Source of the DNA: a virus
IMG/VR virus record: IMGVR_UViG_3300045988_128735
Direction: 5' to 3' (one strand)
Length of the DNA stretch: 45,722 nt
Shown here: in pieces, positions 33,881-43,858 of the stretch
Layout: each line of letters starts with the position of its first letter
Position numbering within the stretch: the first letter of the stretch is position 1
The notes under the pieces: model-generated
Told to the model about the DNA's origin: nothing
What the model saw: only the letters and a program-made list of their open reading frames with translations
Databases searched by the model: none
Translations under genes and position numbers: made by a program

Positions 33881-34448
33881 ACATTATATTATTGTCAAAT
33901 CGCCAGATGTCCTCTGACGTGTGGATAATGCCCCGCTCAAGCTTCGGGTTGTGTGTGGCGTTCTGACTGCCCACGATGCTGACATGCCAGTCCTCGTTGC
34001 TGATGAGGGCCACCTTGGCATGAAGTGATGTGCAACGGTATGAGTCGGGGAACGACGTGATGAGATGAGCGAAAGGTTTGGGAGATATAGAGCGTACACG
34101 GTTGTCGATGATGAAACGTATTGACAGAATAGTGCCATCGTCGACATACCGGCGAAGAGTAGAAATTGAGTCCTCGGCAATAGAGTAAGTAGAAAGGAAC
34201 ACATGAGCCGGACCAGTCTGCCGTAGCACGTAGAGCATGAGTTGCACAAGGTTGAAAGCCCCATTGCTGTAGAAGTGCTTGTCGACACCCTGCTTCACGG
34301 AACCGAGCTGTGAAGTACGCTCGAGAACGTCTGCAATGACCTCGATGTAGGTCTCAGAACGGTCGAGCACATTAACAAGAGAGCGATGATCCACGTCGGG
34401 AACATCGCTCTGGCTTGGTAAAATGACAGAAGAAGGATGCAGTATCAT
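33852..34448 (-). CDS. PLD-like (HKD-motif) nuclease-family protein, single domain (198 aa)
   Basis: 'LHAKVALISNEDWHVSIVGSQNAT' fits an HxK...GSxN phospholipase-D/Nuc-type motif, although Ser replaces the usual Asp and the spacing is longer than normal. Confidence 0.55.
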   Translation of the reverse strand: MILHPSSVILPSQSDVPDVDHRSLVNVLDRSETYIEVIADVLERTSQLGSVKQGVDKHFYSNGAFNLVQLMLYVLRQTGPAHVFLSTYSIAEDSISTLRRYVDDGTILSIRFIIDNRVRSISPKPFAHLITSFPDSYRCTSLHAKVALISNEDWHVSIVGSQNATHNPKLERGIIHTSEDIWRFDNNIMYEQFDKGAK

Positions 34449-35326
34449 TGACGGTTGGCGAGTTCGTATTCAACCTTTGAGCGCTCAGCCTTCAGACTCT
34501 CTACCTGACGTAGCAGCTTCACGCGTTTAGGAGAGTCCGGCATCGGGTTCTCGACAGTCTGCTTGGAGTCAGACTGATAGAGCAGCTGGTTCTCTTTGCG
34601 TGTAATCTGGTTGGTGAGCGACTTGCGACGAATGCGCAGCTTATCGGTGTCCATCGACTTATAGACAACTTTGCCGGACTCAGCGTTCTTAGGACGCTGG
34701 TCAACAGCAGCCACGTATTCATTAACAATAGAGTTGTTTTTTATGCTATCGAGAGCAGCACGGTCAGGAATAGTACCATCGCGGTCGTAAGCCTCTTTGA
34801 GCGGTGCAAGAGCGTCCATGTAGCTTGTAAGCTGGTCCATCTGTATGCCTATAGTCTTACGTTTTTCGACCGACTCATCGTCATTAGCTTCGCCAATCTC
34901 TGTACGCTGTCTGGCAAGCTTGGAACGCTGCTTGTAAGCGTCGGCATAAGCCTTGATGACAAGCTGCATAACCTCAGGCATCTGTTTGAACGACACGGTG
35001 TCTGCAACCTTAGCAACAGATGTCTGCTCGCTGACAGACTGATGTTCGCCGTCTCGATCGTTAAGATCATCGACGTCGGGAACATCATCGAAGCGAGGAT
35101 CATCGGGATTGTAGTAGACCTGGATGACATCGCGCAGACATGACGTAAGCTTTTCTGTAGTCCAGGCTTGCTCGCCCTTGCGTAGCAGCAAGGTATGAAT
35201 ATTAGGCTTATACCCCGACCTGCGCAGAATCTGAAGACCGGCGGCAAAGTTACGCTTGTCGATGTGCTGAGCGAGCCACTTCATAGCCTGCGAGCGAGCT
35301 TCGAAATATTCTTGAGATAGTTTCAT
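34445..35326 (-). CDS. Hypothetical protein (293 aa), coiled-coil rich
   Basis: ORF with a 4-nt overlap with the PLD-like gene. Confidence 0.5.
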   Translation of the reverse strand: MKLSQEYFEARSQAMKWLAQHIDKRNFAAGLQILRRSGYKPNIHTLLLRKGEQAWTTEKLTSCLRDVIQVYYNPDDPRFDDVPDVDDLNDRDGEHQSVSEQTSVAKVADTVSFKQMPEVMQLVIKAYADAYKQRSKLARQRTEIGEANDDESVEKRKTIGIQMDQLTSYMDALAPLKEAYDRDGTIPDRAALDSIKNNSIVNEYVAAVDQRPKNAESGKVVYKSMDTDKLRIRRKSLTNQITRKENQLLYQSDSKQTVENPMPDSPKRVKLLRQVESLKAERSKVEYELANRQ

Positions 35327-35454
35327 ATAACATACATATTTAAAAACGCTACAAAAATAGCGATAAAAAAAGCGATGCCTAAGGACAATAAAAAACCTCC
35401 ATGACCGCTGCCATGGAGGGAAAAATCAAGAGAATGAGACAAACAAAGAAACGC

Positions 35455-36045
35455 CTAACCTCCTGCCGCAGTGAGAATGTTCTCGCAGTCGCCCTCGTAG
35501 ACGAGAGCACGCGGCGTAGTGTATTGGAACTTGAGAGTAGTCTGGTTGCGCTCAGTAGCAGACGAGCCAGTAGTGGCACCGTCACTGTCAGAAGCGAGGA
35601 TGGCGCCGCGTCGGGCGTCGCCCATAAGGTACTTCACACCGTTGTTATCCTCGACAATGAAGAAGAGCTTGCGACCCTTAGTGGCATTAATGAAGCCAAG
35701 AATCTTCTTTCGAATTCGTGCTGCCACAAGATTAAGCTCCATCTGGAACGACTCGCCACCAGTCTCGCCCTGCGGTTTGATGGTAAACGAGCCAGTATTA
35801 TCAGTGAAAGCAAACTTGTAAGCCTTGCAGCCGTTTGCCATCACCACATCGCCAGAAAGAGCACCCGCTTCATCAAGAGACATAGCATTCTCTTTGACAG
35901 CTGGCAGGTCTGGCCATGTCGCCACCTCATTGTGGTAGCCGAAAGTCACGCTCTCGACCACACCGCCCATATTGTCTTGAGCATCACACTCAAGAGCCGG
36001 GTCGATGTCGGCGAGCTCGTAGCACTTTTTAGGATTTACAGCCAT
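35455..36045 (-). CDS. Hypothetical structural protein just after the capsid gene (196 aa; possibly head decoration or tail tube)
   Basis: ORF with beta-rich sequence, 26 nt downstream of the capsid gene. Confidence 0.5.
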   Translation of the reverse strand: MAVNPKKCYELADIDPALECDAQDNMGGVVESVTFGYHNEVATWPDLPAVKENAMSLDEAGALSGDVVMANGCKAYKFAFTDNTGSFTIKPQGETGGESFQMELNLVAARIRKKILGFINATKGRKLFFIVEDNNGVKYLMGDARRGAILASDSDGATTGSSATERNQTTLKFQYTTPRALVYEGDCENILTAAGG

Positions 36046-36071
36046 ACATTATATATTATAAGGTGAAACAA

Positions 36072-37061
36072 TTAAGCGGATACCGGAACGACCGGCTGGT
36101 CGTTGGTGCAGAAGAGCTCGCTACGGAAAGTGGTAAACTGAGTACCGAACACATATTTGCCGAGAGCCTTAAACTTATAGTCAGCCGGTACGGCACGAAG
36201 AGTGCGCATGTCACTATGCTTGTCCATACCATACACAACATTCTCCTGAAGAGTAAGCATAGCGAACGATGAGTCATCCGGCATGCCAGGACAACGGACA
36301 ATCTCGCACATACCCTTAGAACCATAGAGCACCTGCTGCTTAGTCTCGTCAGGAGACTGTCCGGGAGAATGGACGTTGGGATGCTCATCAGCAAACCAGT
36401 CGTCATACATATCACCGACAGTATAAGGCAGATAGAGCTTCGACTTCTGGTTGCGGAACAGCTCAGGCATGTGTCGCCACATGCTAAGCAGCTGCGTGCC
36501 GATGTCAGCACGGGTGAACTTGCCGGTAGACACGAGGTTGCCCTTGTCTGTAGCAATAGTGCCATCGTCTTTACCTCTTTTAATGTGCACGCCGAGACCG
36601 TCAAAGGAATCTTTCAGTTCTGTCTTTGCACCAGTAGCATCAAGCTCAGCGGACCAGATACATGGCAGAAGATCCTCGGAAGCCTGTTGCAGGATGCGGT
36701 TGATAAGCCAAATCTCGAACGGATGCTTTGCAATCTCGAGTGCGCCGCGCACCTCAGTAATGTAAGCACGACGGTAACGCTCCGGCTCATCGAGGATTTC
36801 GATAACGCACGGATGCACCGTAAGAGTGCGGTTGCCGAACGAGCCAATGTTCTTCTGCTCTTTGAAAACACCGGTGTATCGAGATGATACCGACTTGAAG
36901 AAAGCCTCAGTGAATGTATAGGAATCAGTAATGCCCACCATTGGCGTCATGTGACGCAACATGGCATCAGCAGCCTGGTGGTCGATAGCAAGAATCTTCT
37001 TGTTATGCGCCTTCACCGCAGTGTTGACGGCGGTGATGTCGATAGGATCGTTAAAATTCAT
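36072..37061 (-). CDS. Major capsid protein (329 aa)
   Basis: It lies immediately downstream of the protease/scaffold gene. Size and sequence are reminiscent of P2 gpN / HK97-fold capsid proteins. Confidence 0.75.
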   Translation of the reverse strand: MNFNDPIDITAVNTAVKAHNKKILAIDHQAADAMLRHMTPMVGITDSYTFTEAFFKSVSSRYTGVFKEQKNIGSFGNRTLTVHPCVIEILDEPERYRRAYITEVRGALEIAKHPFEIWLINRILQQASEDLLPCIWSAELDATGAKTELKDSFDGLGVHIKRGKDDGTIATDKGNLVSTGKFTRADIGTQLLSMWRHMPELFRNQKSKLYLPYTVGDMYDDWFADEHPNVHSPGQSPDETKQQVLYGSKGMCEIVRCPGMPDDSSFAMLTLQENVVYGMDKHSDMRTLRAVPADYKFKALGKYVFGTQFTTFRSELFCTNDQPVVPVSA

Positions 37062-37079
37062 ATTATACCAGATTTAAAA

Positions 37080-38147
37080 TTATTCGTCGTAGAAGTTGTT
37101 GATGGGGTCCTTGCGGATGTCAGCAAACTCGTCTACGTGGCTATCCGGAGTATTAGCCGAAGGAGTGGCCGGAGACGGAATCTTGTCGAACATCTGCTTG
37201 ATTTTAGCAATCTTGTTGTCGATGCCCTCGATGCTCTTCACTTCTTCAGAGAACTTGTCGAGCTTATCGGTGAACTGCTTCTCGAGATTGCCATGGTTCT
37301 CAACCTTGCCCTGAAGCTCGACGAGCTTGTCGTCGATAACCTGAAGCTGAGCGGTAGTGAGCACTACCTTTGAATCTGATTCGTCAAGACCCTCTACATT
37401 AAGAAGGGTGTTGACATTGAGAAACTTCTTATTCATAGTTGTTGGTGGTTGTGGTGGTGGAATTTGTACTTGTGTTTGAATGTTTGTGGAAATATTGTTC
37501 TTTGACAGTCCTAACATCTCGCCGAGCTTCTGGAAGAAAGACCGCTCGTCAGACAGACTGCCGTCTTCGGGAATAGGTATAGCACAGTTGCGGAAAGCAC
37601 TTAACATATCGTTAGCAGCCTTAGCTGGAGCTCGCTCGTTGATGATCTCGTCGATAAGGCCGTACTCTTGACACTCCTGAGCGGTCAGCCATGGATGTGC
37701 TTTCATCATAGCGAGCATATCATCGACAGAGCGTTTGCCACGTGAGGCATACTTGCCGGCAATGATGCGGTCGATGTTCTCAAGATGCTTAATGTCCTCA
37801 GCATTGGCCACCCCCAACTGCTTCAGTTCATCTGCGTTCATGCGCTGCCAGCAGAACACCTCCTTGTTGCTGCAATGCACATACAGCATACAGTCAGAAT
37901 ACATCTTGATGGTCTTGGCACCAAAAAGCCATGTAGCTGCTGAAGCATTGAAAGAGTCGTGGATGAGCGTCACATCGCCGTGATCGGCAAAAGCGTGTGA
38001 GATCTGCACCGCTGACGCCACATCGCCACCTGGAGAAGCCATGCGCACAGTGACCGGCTTGCCCTTGTTCTCGCCCAAGAACTGGTTGACCCGCCAAACC
38101 GTATAGCTCGAAATCTCACCATTAATACGTAAAACATTATTAACCAT
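37080..38147 (-). CDS. ClpP/S14-like prohead protease fused to a C-terminal scaffold-like coiled coil
   Basis: 'VTVRMASPGGDVASAVQISHAFADH...FNASAATWLFGA' is ClpP-like, with the Ser nucleophile in its usual context. The C-terminal 120 aa are helical and K/E-rich. Confidence 0.8.
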   Translation of the reverse strand: MVNNVLRINGEISSYTVWRVNQFLGENKGKPVTVRMASPGGDVASAVQISHAFADHGDVTLIHDSFNASAATWLFGAKTIKMYSDCMLYVHCSNKEVFCWQRMNADELKQLGVANAEDIKHLENIDRIIAGKYASRGKRSVDDMLAMMKAHPWLTAQECQEYGLIDEIINERAPAKAANDMLSAFRNCAIPIPEDGSLSDERSFFQKLGEMLGLSKNNISTNIQTQVQIPPPQPPTTMNKKFLNVNTLLNVEGLDESDSKVVLTTAQLQVIDDKLVELQGKVENHGNLEKQFTDKLDKFSEEVKSIEGIDNKIAKIKQMFDKIPSPATPSANTPDSHVDEFADIRKDPINNFYDE

Positions 38148-38247
38148 AAAAATCTATAGATATATGAGTGATACGGCAAAATTAGGCAGAAAAAAGCCCC
38201 ATGCCTTAGACGAGGCACGGGGCAATCAGACAGTAAAAGCGATTCTA

Positions 38248-38736
38248 TTATAGATTAATCAAGTCATCCATATCAATAACCAGCGATGGCGCCGGCTGTT
38301 TGCCTTCAAACAAAAATGATGATGCGTTAAGTGTTGTGTAAGAATCGCCAGTGGTCTTCTCGCATGAAAAGGTCAGCGGCACATCAACTGAACCAGACAG
38401 ATACACGGTGCCGTTATGGTCCTGCGACAACACAAGCCACTCGCCACGTTCAAGCTGCTCAATGATGAGGTTTGTGTCACGTCGAAGTTTCGGGATAACA
38501 CCCTCAATAGATACCAGCCAATATTCGCCACCGTCATCAACAGACTTCTGTTCGGTGAACGAGAATGAGCGGTCTGGATAAATGGGTATGGCCACAATGT
38601 TGTCACGCGTCTTCAACTCCACGGAATCAGTGTCATGCAGATAATCATGCCGCACGCGGAGCAGGTCAGACGGAGGAAAGGCGTAAATCTCCGCCAGTCC
38701 TCCGATGTTGTTGAAATCAAAATTAATCTCTTTCAT
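38248..38736 (-). CDS. Hypothetical protein (162 aa)
   Basis: ORF overlapping the upstream gene by 14 nt. Confidence 0.5.
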   Translation of the reverse strand: MKEINFDFNNIGGLAEIYAFPPSDLLRVRHDYLHDTDSVELKTRDNIVAIPIYPDRSFSFTEQKSVDDGGEYWLVSIEGVIPKLRRDTNLIIEQLERGEWLVLSQDHNGTVYLSGSVDVPLTFSCEKTTGDSYTTLNASSFLFEGKQPAPSLVIDMDDLINL

Positions 38737-39313
38737 ATTCTTCTAAGCCTTGTTGCGTGATATGTCCGCTTTTGGACAATATCGCCCAACACTTTTCTTC
38801 AATTTTCTTGCAAATTTGCTCAAAATCGTCCTCGCCATTGATCTTAGCGTTACGCTGAAGCTCTTTGCGTATGCTGTCAGTATCCCAATCAATCTCTGTG
38901 ATACCAGTAGCCTTACGGAAGCGTTTGATGCGGTCAGCTATGCTAAGCCCCGTGATGGAGAGCATTGCACAGTAGGTATGCAGCACCTGTTTGACATCAC
39001 GCTCGAGACGAGAGTTGAAGTGAAGAGTCTCGGTAGGTGAGAGCAGCCAGCCATATCGCTGAAAGGTGTCCATGCTAATCTCGATAGCCACCTGTGTAGT
39101 ATAGCGGCCACGTACGGTCAAGTCGCGTCTCGCCTCGCCACGTATGAGCCGACGGCGAAAATCCTCGGCAAGCTCACGGTTAGGTGACAAATTTACTAAT
39201 TCTGCCCAATCGTCATCGGGACGATTGTAGTTAGAAACGAGGAAGCGCTTAACGTAGCCCTTACAGGGTACCCATACCGCCATGCGCTCTTGTTTTTTGG
39301 AATGTTTTGCCAT
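38723..39313 (-). CDS. Hypothetical protein (196 aa), first gene after the origin-like region
   Basis: ORF only. It could be a late-gene regulator by position, but this is speculative. Confidence 0.45.
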   Translation of the reverse strand: MAKHSKKQERMAVWVPCKGYVKRFLVSNYNRPDDDWAELVNLSPNRELAEDFRRRLIRGEARRDLTVRGRYTTQVAIEISMDTFQRYGWLLSPTETLHFNSRLERDVKQVLHTYCAMLSITGLSIADRIKRFRKATGITEIDWDTDSIRKELQRNAKINGEDDFEQICKKIEEKCWAILSKSGHITQQGLEEYERD

Positions 39314-39404
39314 ATATATTATTGTTTTTAATTGTCTATGTAAGATATGAGGGCTTACAGGTAAATTGCATTTTTAATTTTGCATTATGGGATGGTGTAT
39401 TTTT

Positions 39405-39731
39405 GCGTCCAACCGACCAACCGTCCAACCAACATAATATTAACACTGATAATCAGTTAGTTAGCTATTGGTTGGTGGTGTTTTACCCCCAACCAACCAG
39501 ACCAACCGGACCAATTTAGCCATTCTGCTCCGCACAGGAAGAGACTACACACAGTCAACCGTTGGAAACCTACAACCAACCACAACCAACCAACTGCACC
39601 CCACATCCAACCACATCCAACCAAACCAGCCATTTACTTATTACTACTTAACTTACTTATTACTAACTACTTATAATGATTTGTCGGTTTTGAAAAGATT
39701 CGCGTGGTTGGACGGTTGGTCGGTTGGACGC
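39405..39731. repeat. Origin-like iteron array bounded by a perfect 27-bp inverted repeat, with an adjacent A/T-rich direct repeat
   Basis: 'gcgtccaaccgaccaaccgtccaacca' (39405-39431) is the exact reverse complement of 39705-39731. I counted more than 12 copies of CCAACC/GGTTGG between them, including 'acatccaacc' twice. 'ttacttattacta' is repeated at about 39633-39665. Confidence 0.65.
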
Positions 39732-39916
39732 ATTTTTCGGCTTCTGAGATTTTCAAATTTCGTTTTAACAACCCCCTCTTTTACATTGGGGTGTTCGGGG
39801 TGGAACGAAACGACGGACAAGTACCTCACGGCACCTGCCCGTCTGACGCTACTTACTATCTGACATTATATATTTTGATTACCGAGCCCTCCCTCGAGAG
39901 ACATATGCACCGCCAC

Positions 39917-42900
39917 TCAGAACGGTCGATTGTCCTCCTCTTTGGCAGTGATGGTGCCACGCTCGAAGTCGATGCCCATAAACTGCTGCAGTATGTTGTA
40001 GTCGAGAACAATGGCTGAAGTCTGCTTCGACTTCTTCTGAATCTTGATTACCATCGTGTCGTCTGGAGTCATCTCTGTCATATTACCAGGATTGACTGTA
40101 CCAGGCGGTGTGCGCATCGTGCGGACCTCCTCTTGCCATATAAATTTCTTGTTGCTGACATCACCTATGAATGCCGGATGCGACTTCAGATTAACCACAA
40201 GAGTAGTCAATGTCAGCGGACGTTCGCCACCCTGCATGGCAGCGAGATAGTGCTTATGCACATTGCTCAAGTTCATATACATAACCTTCTGACCCTCGGC
40301 AATAGGCTTGACGACGCCACCCTTGAGCGTCACCTTGTCTGGCTCGTCGATGGTGAAGTCTCGACCTATCTTGAGCGTGCCTTTGTCGATGAGGAAGTCG
40401 AGCGTGTTGAAGAATGTAGCGAGCTTATCACTCTTGGCAAGCATCTCGCACTGATGGCGTACCTTCTCGACAGCGAGGGCAAAGAACTCTTCATAAGTGA
40501 ACGGCAGCTGCAGATGTGGGGCATCGTTGATGAGCAGTCTGCAGGTGGCGAGAAACATCGACACGGTGCCTATTATACGACTCTGGTCGCCGCTACGGCC
40601 AGACATGCCGGCAAGAGCTTGCTGCAGTTCTTTGCGTGACTGCTCCATGTATGGCACGAAATGAGTCCGGAAGAGCGGACGTAGCTTCTGTACTTCTACT
40701 AACAAGTAGCTCAGCCCCTCTTTCTCATAACCCTTGAGCTCTTTGAAAATGCGCTGCGCCTCTTGATCACCCGAGAAGTTGTGAGCAGGAACCTCGCAGA
40801 GTACGACGCGGTTAGAAAGAGCATTGTCGTCACGCTGTGGAGCTTCTTGGCCAAGCAGGATAATTGAGGCATTAACCTTTGATGTCTCGATATCGTTACC
40901 AGTAGCCGAGCGACGCTTCTGCTTGCCGTCGCCGTCATAGGTCACAGCCTTGAGACCCTGAAACTTCTGGTCGCTTATCTCTTCGTCGTTATACTCCTCA
41001 AATATGCACGGCACATCGCGAAAACGCTCCAGGATGGAGAAGAACGCAGCATCTGAAATCTGATTGAGGTTTGAGGACGGTGCTGACGGTATCTCATAGA
41101 GAGCACGTATGCTCTGAGCTACCTGCGATTTACCTGAAGAAGTCTGACCTATAAAGAATATAGCCGTGAAGTTGCCGATGACCGGATAGAGGTCAGAACG
41201 GAAACCGCACAAAATGGAGTAGATGATGGCCCACTTGCCGTTGTTCTCTATGCGATATACACGATTCATCAGGTCTGCCCATTGTGCGAACGAGATCTGC
41301 CTCTGCTCCGGCACATCTATGTAGCGAAGATGACGGTCTTGCTCGAAGACGTCAGAGTCGGAGCGGTCATAGGCATATATTTCAGAGTAGGCAGGCGAGT
41401 AGAAGAGGTCGCCCCCATGCTCAACAAGACCGAGGTTGTCCACCTTCTTGATTTCGAAATCACCCTTCTCGTTACGATGGAAGATGGCATTGCTCCAGGC
41501 AAAGAAGTCCTCTTTCTGCTGGCCGAACGTGCGCAGCTGGAAGCACGTCTTGAACTGATGAGACATCCATGTCCAGATTTTATCGAAGTGCTTGACGTTG
41601 CCGTTCTCGAAGTTGTATGCGCCCTCGTTAACGAGAGCAGCACGGAACGTAGCCATATTAGCAAACACAGAAGACTTCCACTCAACATACTTTGCCTTGC
41701 GAATCTCCGGAGCCATAGATGTAATCTTTACAATACGCTTGTTAAGCTCAGGGTCTTTGTCGTAGACGTGTAGGAGCGGTGTCATGAAGAAATCGCACAC
41801 ACGGCCATAGCCACCGGACTCGTTCTTGAACATATAGCATACCGGCTCATTCTTACTCTTTGAGAGCAGAGGATAAAAGCCGTAACGCGACAACATACGC
41901 TTGTAATCCTCGTTCTCCTCGACGTAATCAGGCAGAGTATTGCCGTCGACATCGGCGACATCGTCGAGGTTCTCGCGCTCCGCCTCTACCTTGTTCTTCG
42001 AGCGTTTGCGAGTGATGTAAGGTTTGACAATATCTTTCAGAGCCTTCTCTGAAGGCAGTGAGAGAATCTGAGACCAAGACTTCATCGAGCGGGTCCGCGT
42101 GACCTCTGTTGCCTCAGTTATCATCTCAGCGATACGGTCAAGATAGATGTCCACGATGTTGGTAGTAGGCGCATCGTTACGAATCTTCGAACCGTATATG
42201 TCGACGTACCACTGTATGAAGCCGATGGTGCCCTCACTGGTTTCGACATCAATATTGAAACCAGCACGATAAAGAGCCTTTAGCGTCAATATCTCGTCGT
42301 TCTCAGACTTGTCATTGAAATCGTCGTCGGGAGAACCTATTACCACAGTGTTGTCGAGCTGTCGTAGCTCCTGGACATCGCTCTCCTCGGGGCAACCACG
42401 AAAGAACACCACAGGACGTTCGCCGACCCCCTCCTCGAACTCACGCCAGGAGGTCGTAAGACGAATCTTGTCATTGTCTTTATCGTATATCTCCTTTGCC
42501 TCCTCGATGCCGCAGAAACCTTTAGTGGGTTCATCGTGACGCTTAACCCCAGACAAGGCTTGCCTGAGCTTTGGCATGAGCTTGTCAGAAGATGACTTTA
42601 TGAGGAGTGCCAATGTGCGCATATAGTCACTGCGCATCGTCTCTTCGGGCACGTGTGCGACGGCATCGATGATGGTCTTCAGCCCTGTCTCTCGTGTTGG
42701 TTCGTCAGGAGCAGAATGATAAAGTTTTTCGTAAAGGTAGCTGACAAAGCTCATTTCGAGAGGCTTTAGCTTATCACGAACCTGCCCCGTGTTAGCCCGA
42801 GCAAAATCGTCAGGGTCTTGCCCTGAGGGTAACATCACGCAGCGCACATTCATGCCGGAAGCGAGCAAGATGGGAATCTGTGTGACAGCCGAATGAATGC

Positions 42901-43858
42901 CAGCCTTGTCGTCATCATAGACAAGCGTTACATTCTCAGTAAGGAAGCGCAGCTTCTTTACTTGAGTGTCATCGAGCGCAGAACCACTCTTGCAAATCAC
43001 ATTGCGGATGCCGTTCTGTGCAAACGAAATAACATCAAACTGCCCCTCAACGAGATACACCTTATTATATTTAGCTATCTCAGTGCGTGCCTGGTAGAGA
43101 CCGAAGAACTCAGCCCCTTTCTTGAAGACTATGCTGTCAGGAGAGTTAAGATATTTAGCTTTTGCCGTACCGGTGATGTCGCGTGCTGTAAAACCGATGA
43201 CACGACCGAAGCGGTCGAGGAACGGGAACGTGATGCGGTGGCGGAAATAATCCATGCGTTCACCGTTGTCACGTGTGAACAAAAGCCCGGCACGCTGCAT
43301 TATCTCCGGCTTATAGAGCACGGACAGTTCGTCATACATCTGACGATAGCTGCCCGAAGCACCTACGCGGAACTCCTTGCGTGCCCAGTCGTTCATGCCA
43401 CGCGAAGTGATATAGCGGTCTGCCTCTGTAGAAATATGTGTCTGAAGCCACTTCTGAGCTGCATCGAGCACTATTCGCACCTCTTCACGCTCACGATCAC
43501 GAGCAGACTCTTCAGGAGTTTTCTCTTCGACCTTAATCTCTATGTTATATTCCTTTGCCAGCATTTGTGCTGCCTCAGGATAACTGATGCCCTCAATCTT
43601 GTGTACGAACCAGATTGCATTGCCGTGCTCGCCACATCCAAAACATTTGAAAACGCGCTTCGATGGTGAAACACACATCGAGGCAGTCTTCTCGTCGTGG
43701 AACGGACAACAGCCGAAGTAGTTGGAACCGCTCTTTCTCAACGACACGTATTTGCCAACGACATTAACGATATTGGCAGCGTCGAGAATGCGGTTTATGT
43801 CAGTTTCAGATATTCTCATGTCAGATATAATAATAGTTGTAGCGTCAGTTGTTATCAA
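39917..43858 (-). CDS. DnaG-type primase (CHC2 zinc finger plus TOPRIM) fused to a P-loop helicase-like domain (1313 aa)
   Basis: Zinc finger 'CCPFHDEKTASMCV...FKCFGCGEHGN', TOPRIM 'VYLVEGQFDVISF...LVYDDDKAG', and C-terminal Walker A 'FFIGQTSSGKSQ'. Confidence 0.88.
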   Translation of the reverse strand: MITTDATTIIISDMRISETDINRILDAANIVNVVGKYVSLRKSGSNYFGCCPFHDEKTASMCVSPSKRVFKCFGCGEHGNAIWFVHKIEGISYPEAAQMLAKEYNIEIKVEEKTPEESARDREREEVRIVLDAAQKWLQTHISTEADRYITSRGMNDWARKEFRVGASGSYRQMYDELSVLYKPEIMQRAGLLFTRDNGERMDYFRHRITFPFLDRFGRVIGFTARDITGTAKAKYLNSPDSIVFKKGAEFFGLYQARTEIAKYNKVYLVEGQFDVISFAQNGIRNVICKSGSALDDTQVKKLRFLTENVTLVYDDDKAGIHSAVTQIPILLASGMNVRCVMLPSGQDPDDFARANTGQVRDKLKPLEMSFVSYLYEKLYHSAPDEPTRETGLKTIIDAVAHVPEETMRSDYMRTLALLIKSSSDKLMPKLRQALSGVKRHDEPTKGFCGIEEAKEIYDKDNDKIRLTTSWREFEEGVGERPVVFFRGCPEESDVQELRQLDNTVVIGSPDDDFNDKSENDEILTLKALYRAGFNIDVETSEGTIGFIQWYVDIYGSKIRNDAPTTNIVDIYLDRIAEMITEATEVTRTRSMKSWSQILSLPSEKALKDIVKPYITRKRSKNKVEAERENLDDVADVDGNTLPDYVEENEDYKRMLSRYGFYPLLSKSKNEPVCYMFKNESGGYGRVCDFFMTPLLHVYDKDPELNKRIVKITSMAPEIRKAKYVEWKSSVFANMATFRAALVNEGAYNFENGNVKHFDKIWTWMSHQFKTCFQLRTFGQQKEDFFAWSNAIFHRNEKGDFEIKKVDNLGLVEHGGDLFYSPAYSEIYAYDRSDSDVFEQDRHLRYIDVPEQRQISFAQWADLMNRVYRIENNGKWAIIYSILCGFRSDLYPVIGNFTAIFFIGQTSSGKSQVAQSIRALYEIPSAPSSNLNQISDAAFFSILERFRDVPCIFEEYNDEEISDQKFQGLKAVTYDGDGKQKRRSATGNDIETSKVNASIILLGQEAPQRDDNALSNRVVLCEVPAHNFSGDQEAQRIFKELKGYEKEGLSYLLVEVQKLRPLFRTHFVPYMEQSRKELQQALAGMSGRSGDQSRIIGTVSMFLATCRLLINDAPHLQLPFTYEEFFALAVEKVRHQCEMLAKSDKLATFFNTLDFLIDKGTLKIGRDFTIDEPDKVTLKGGVVKPIAEGQKVMYMNLSNVHKHYLAAMQGGERPLTLTTLVVNLKSHPAFIGDVSNKKFIWQEEVRTMRTPPGTVNPGNMTEMTPDDTMVIKIQKKSKQTSAIVLDYNILQQFMGIDFERGTITAKEEDNRPF

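Noticed and set aside
39307-40018. Plus-strand ORFs 39307..39519, 39468..39863 and 39704..40018
   Set aside because: Their translations are dominated by the CCAACC repeats (runs of P/T/N/Q and 'LVG/WLVG'). They overlap one another and the inverted repeat, so I interpret them as iteron DNA rather than genes.
2128-43669. Many long antisense or out-of-frame ORFs inside large genes (for example 2128..2787, 3660..4316, 6384..6953, 18175..18855, 20575..21294, 29399..30217, 32153..32803, 35401..36066, 42893..43669)
   Set aside because: Each is fully nested opposite or out of frame to a longer ORF with recognisable motifs or operon context. Their compositions are rich in Leu/Ser/Arg/Cys and poor in acidic residues, which is typical of shadow ORFs.
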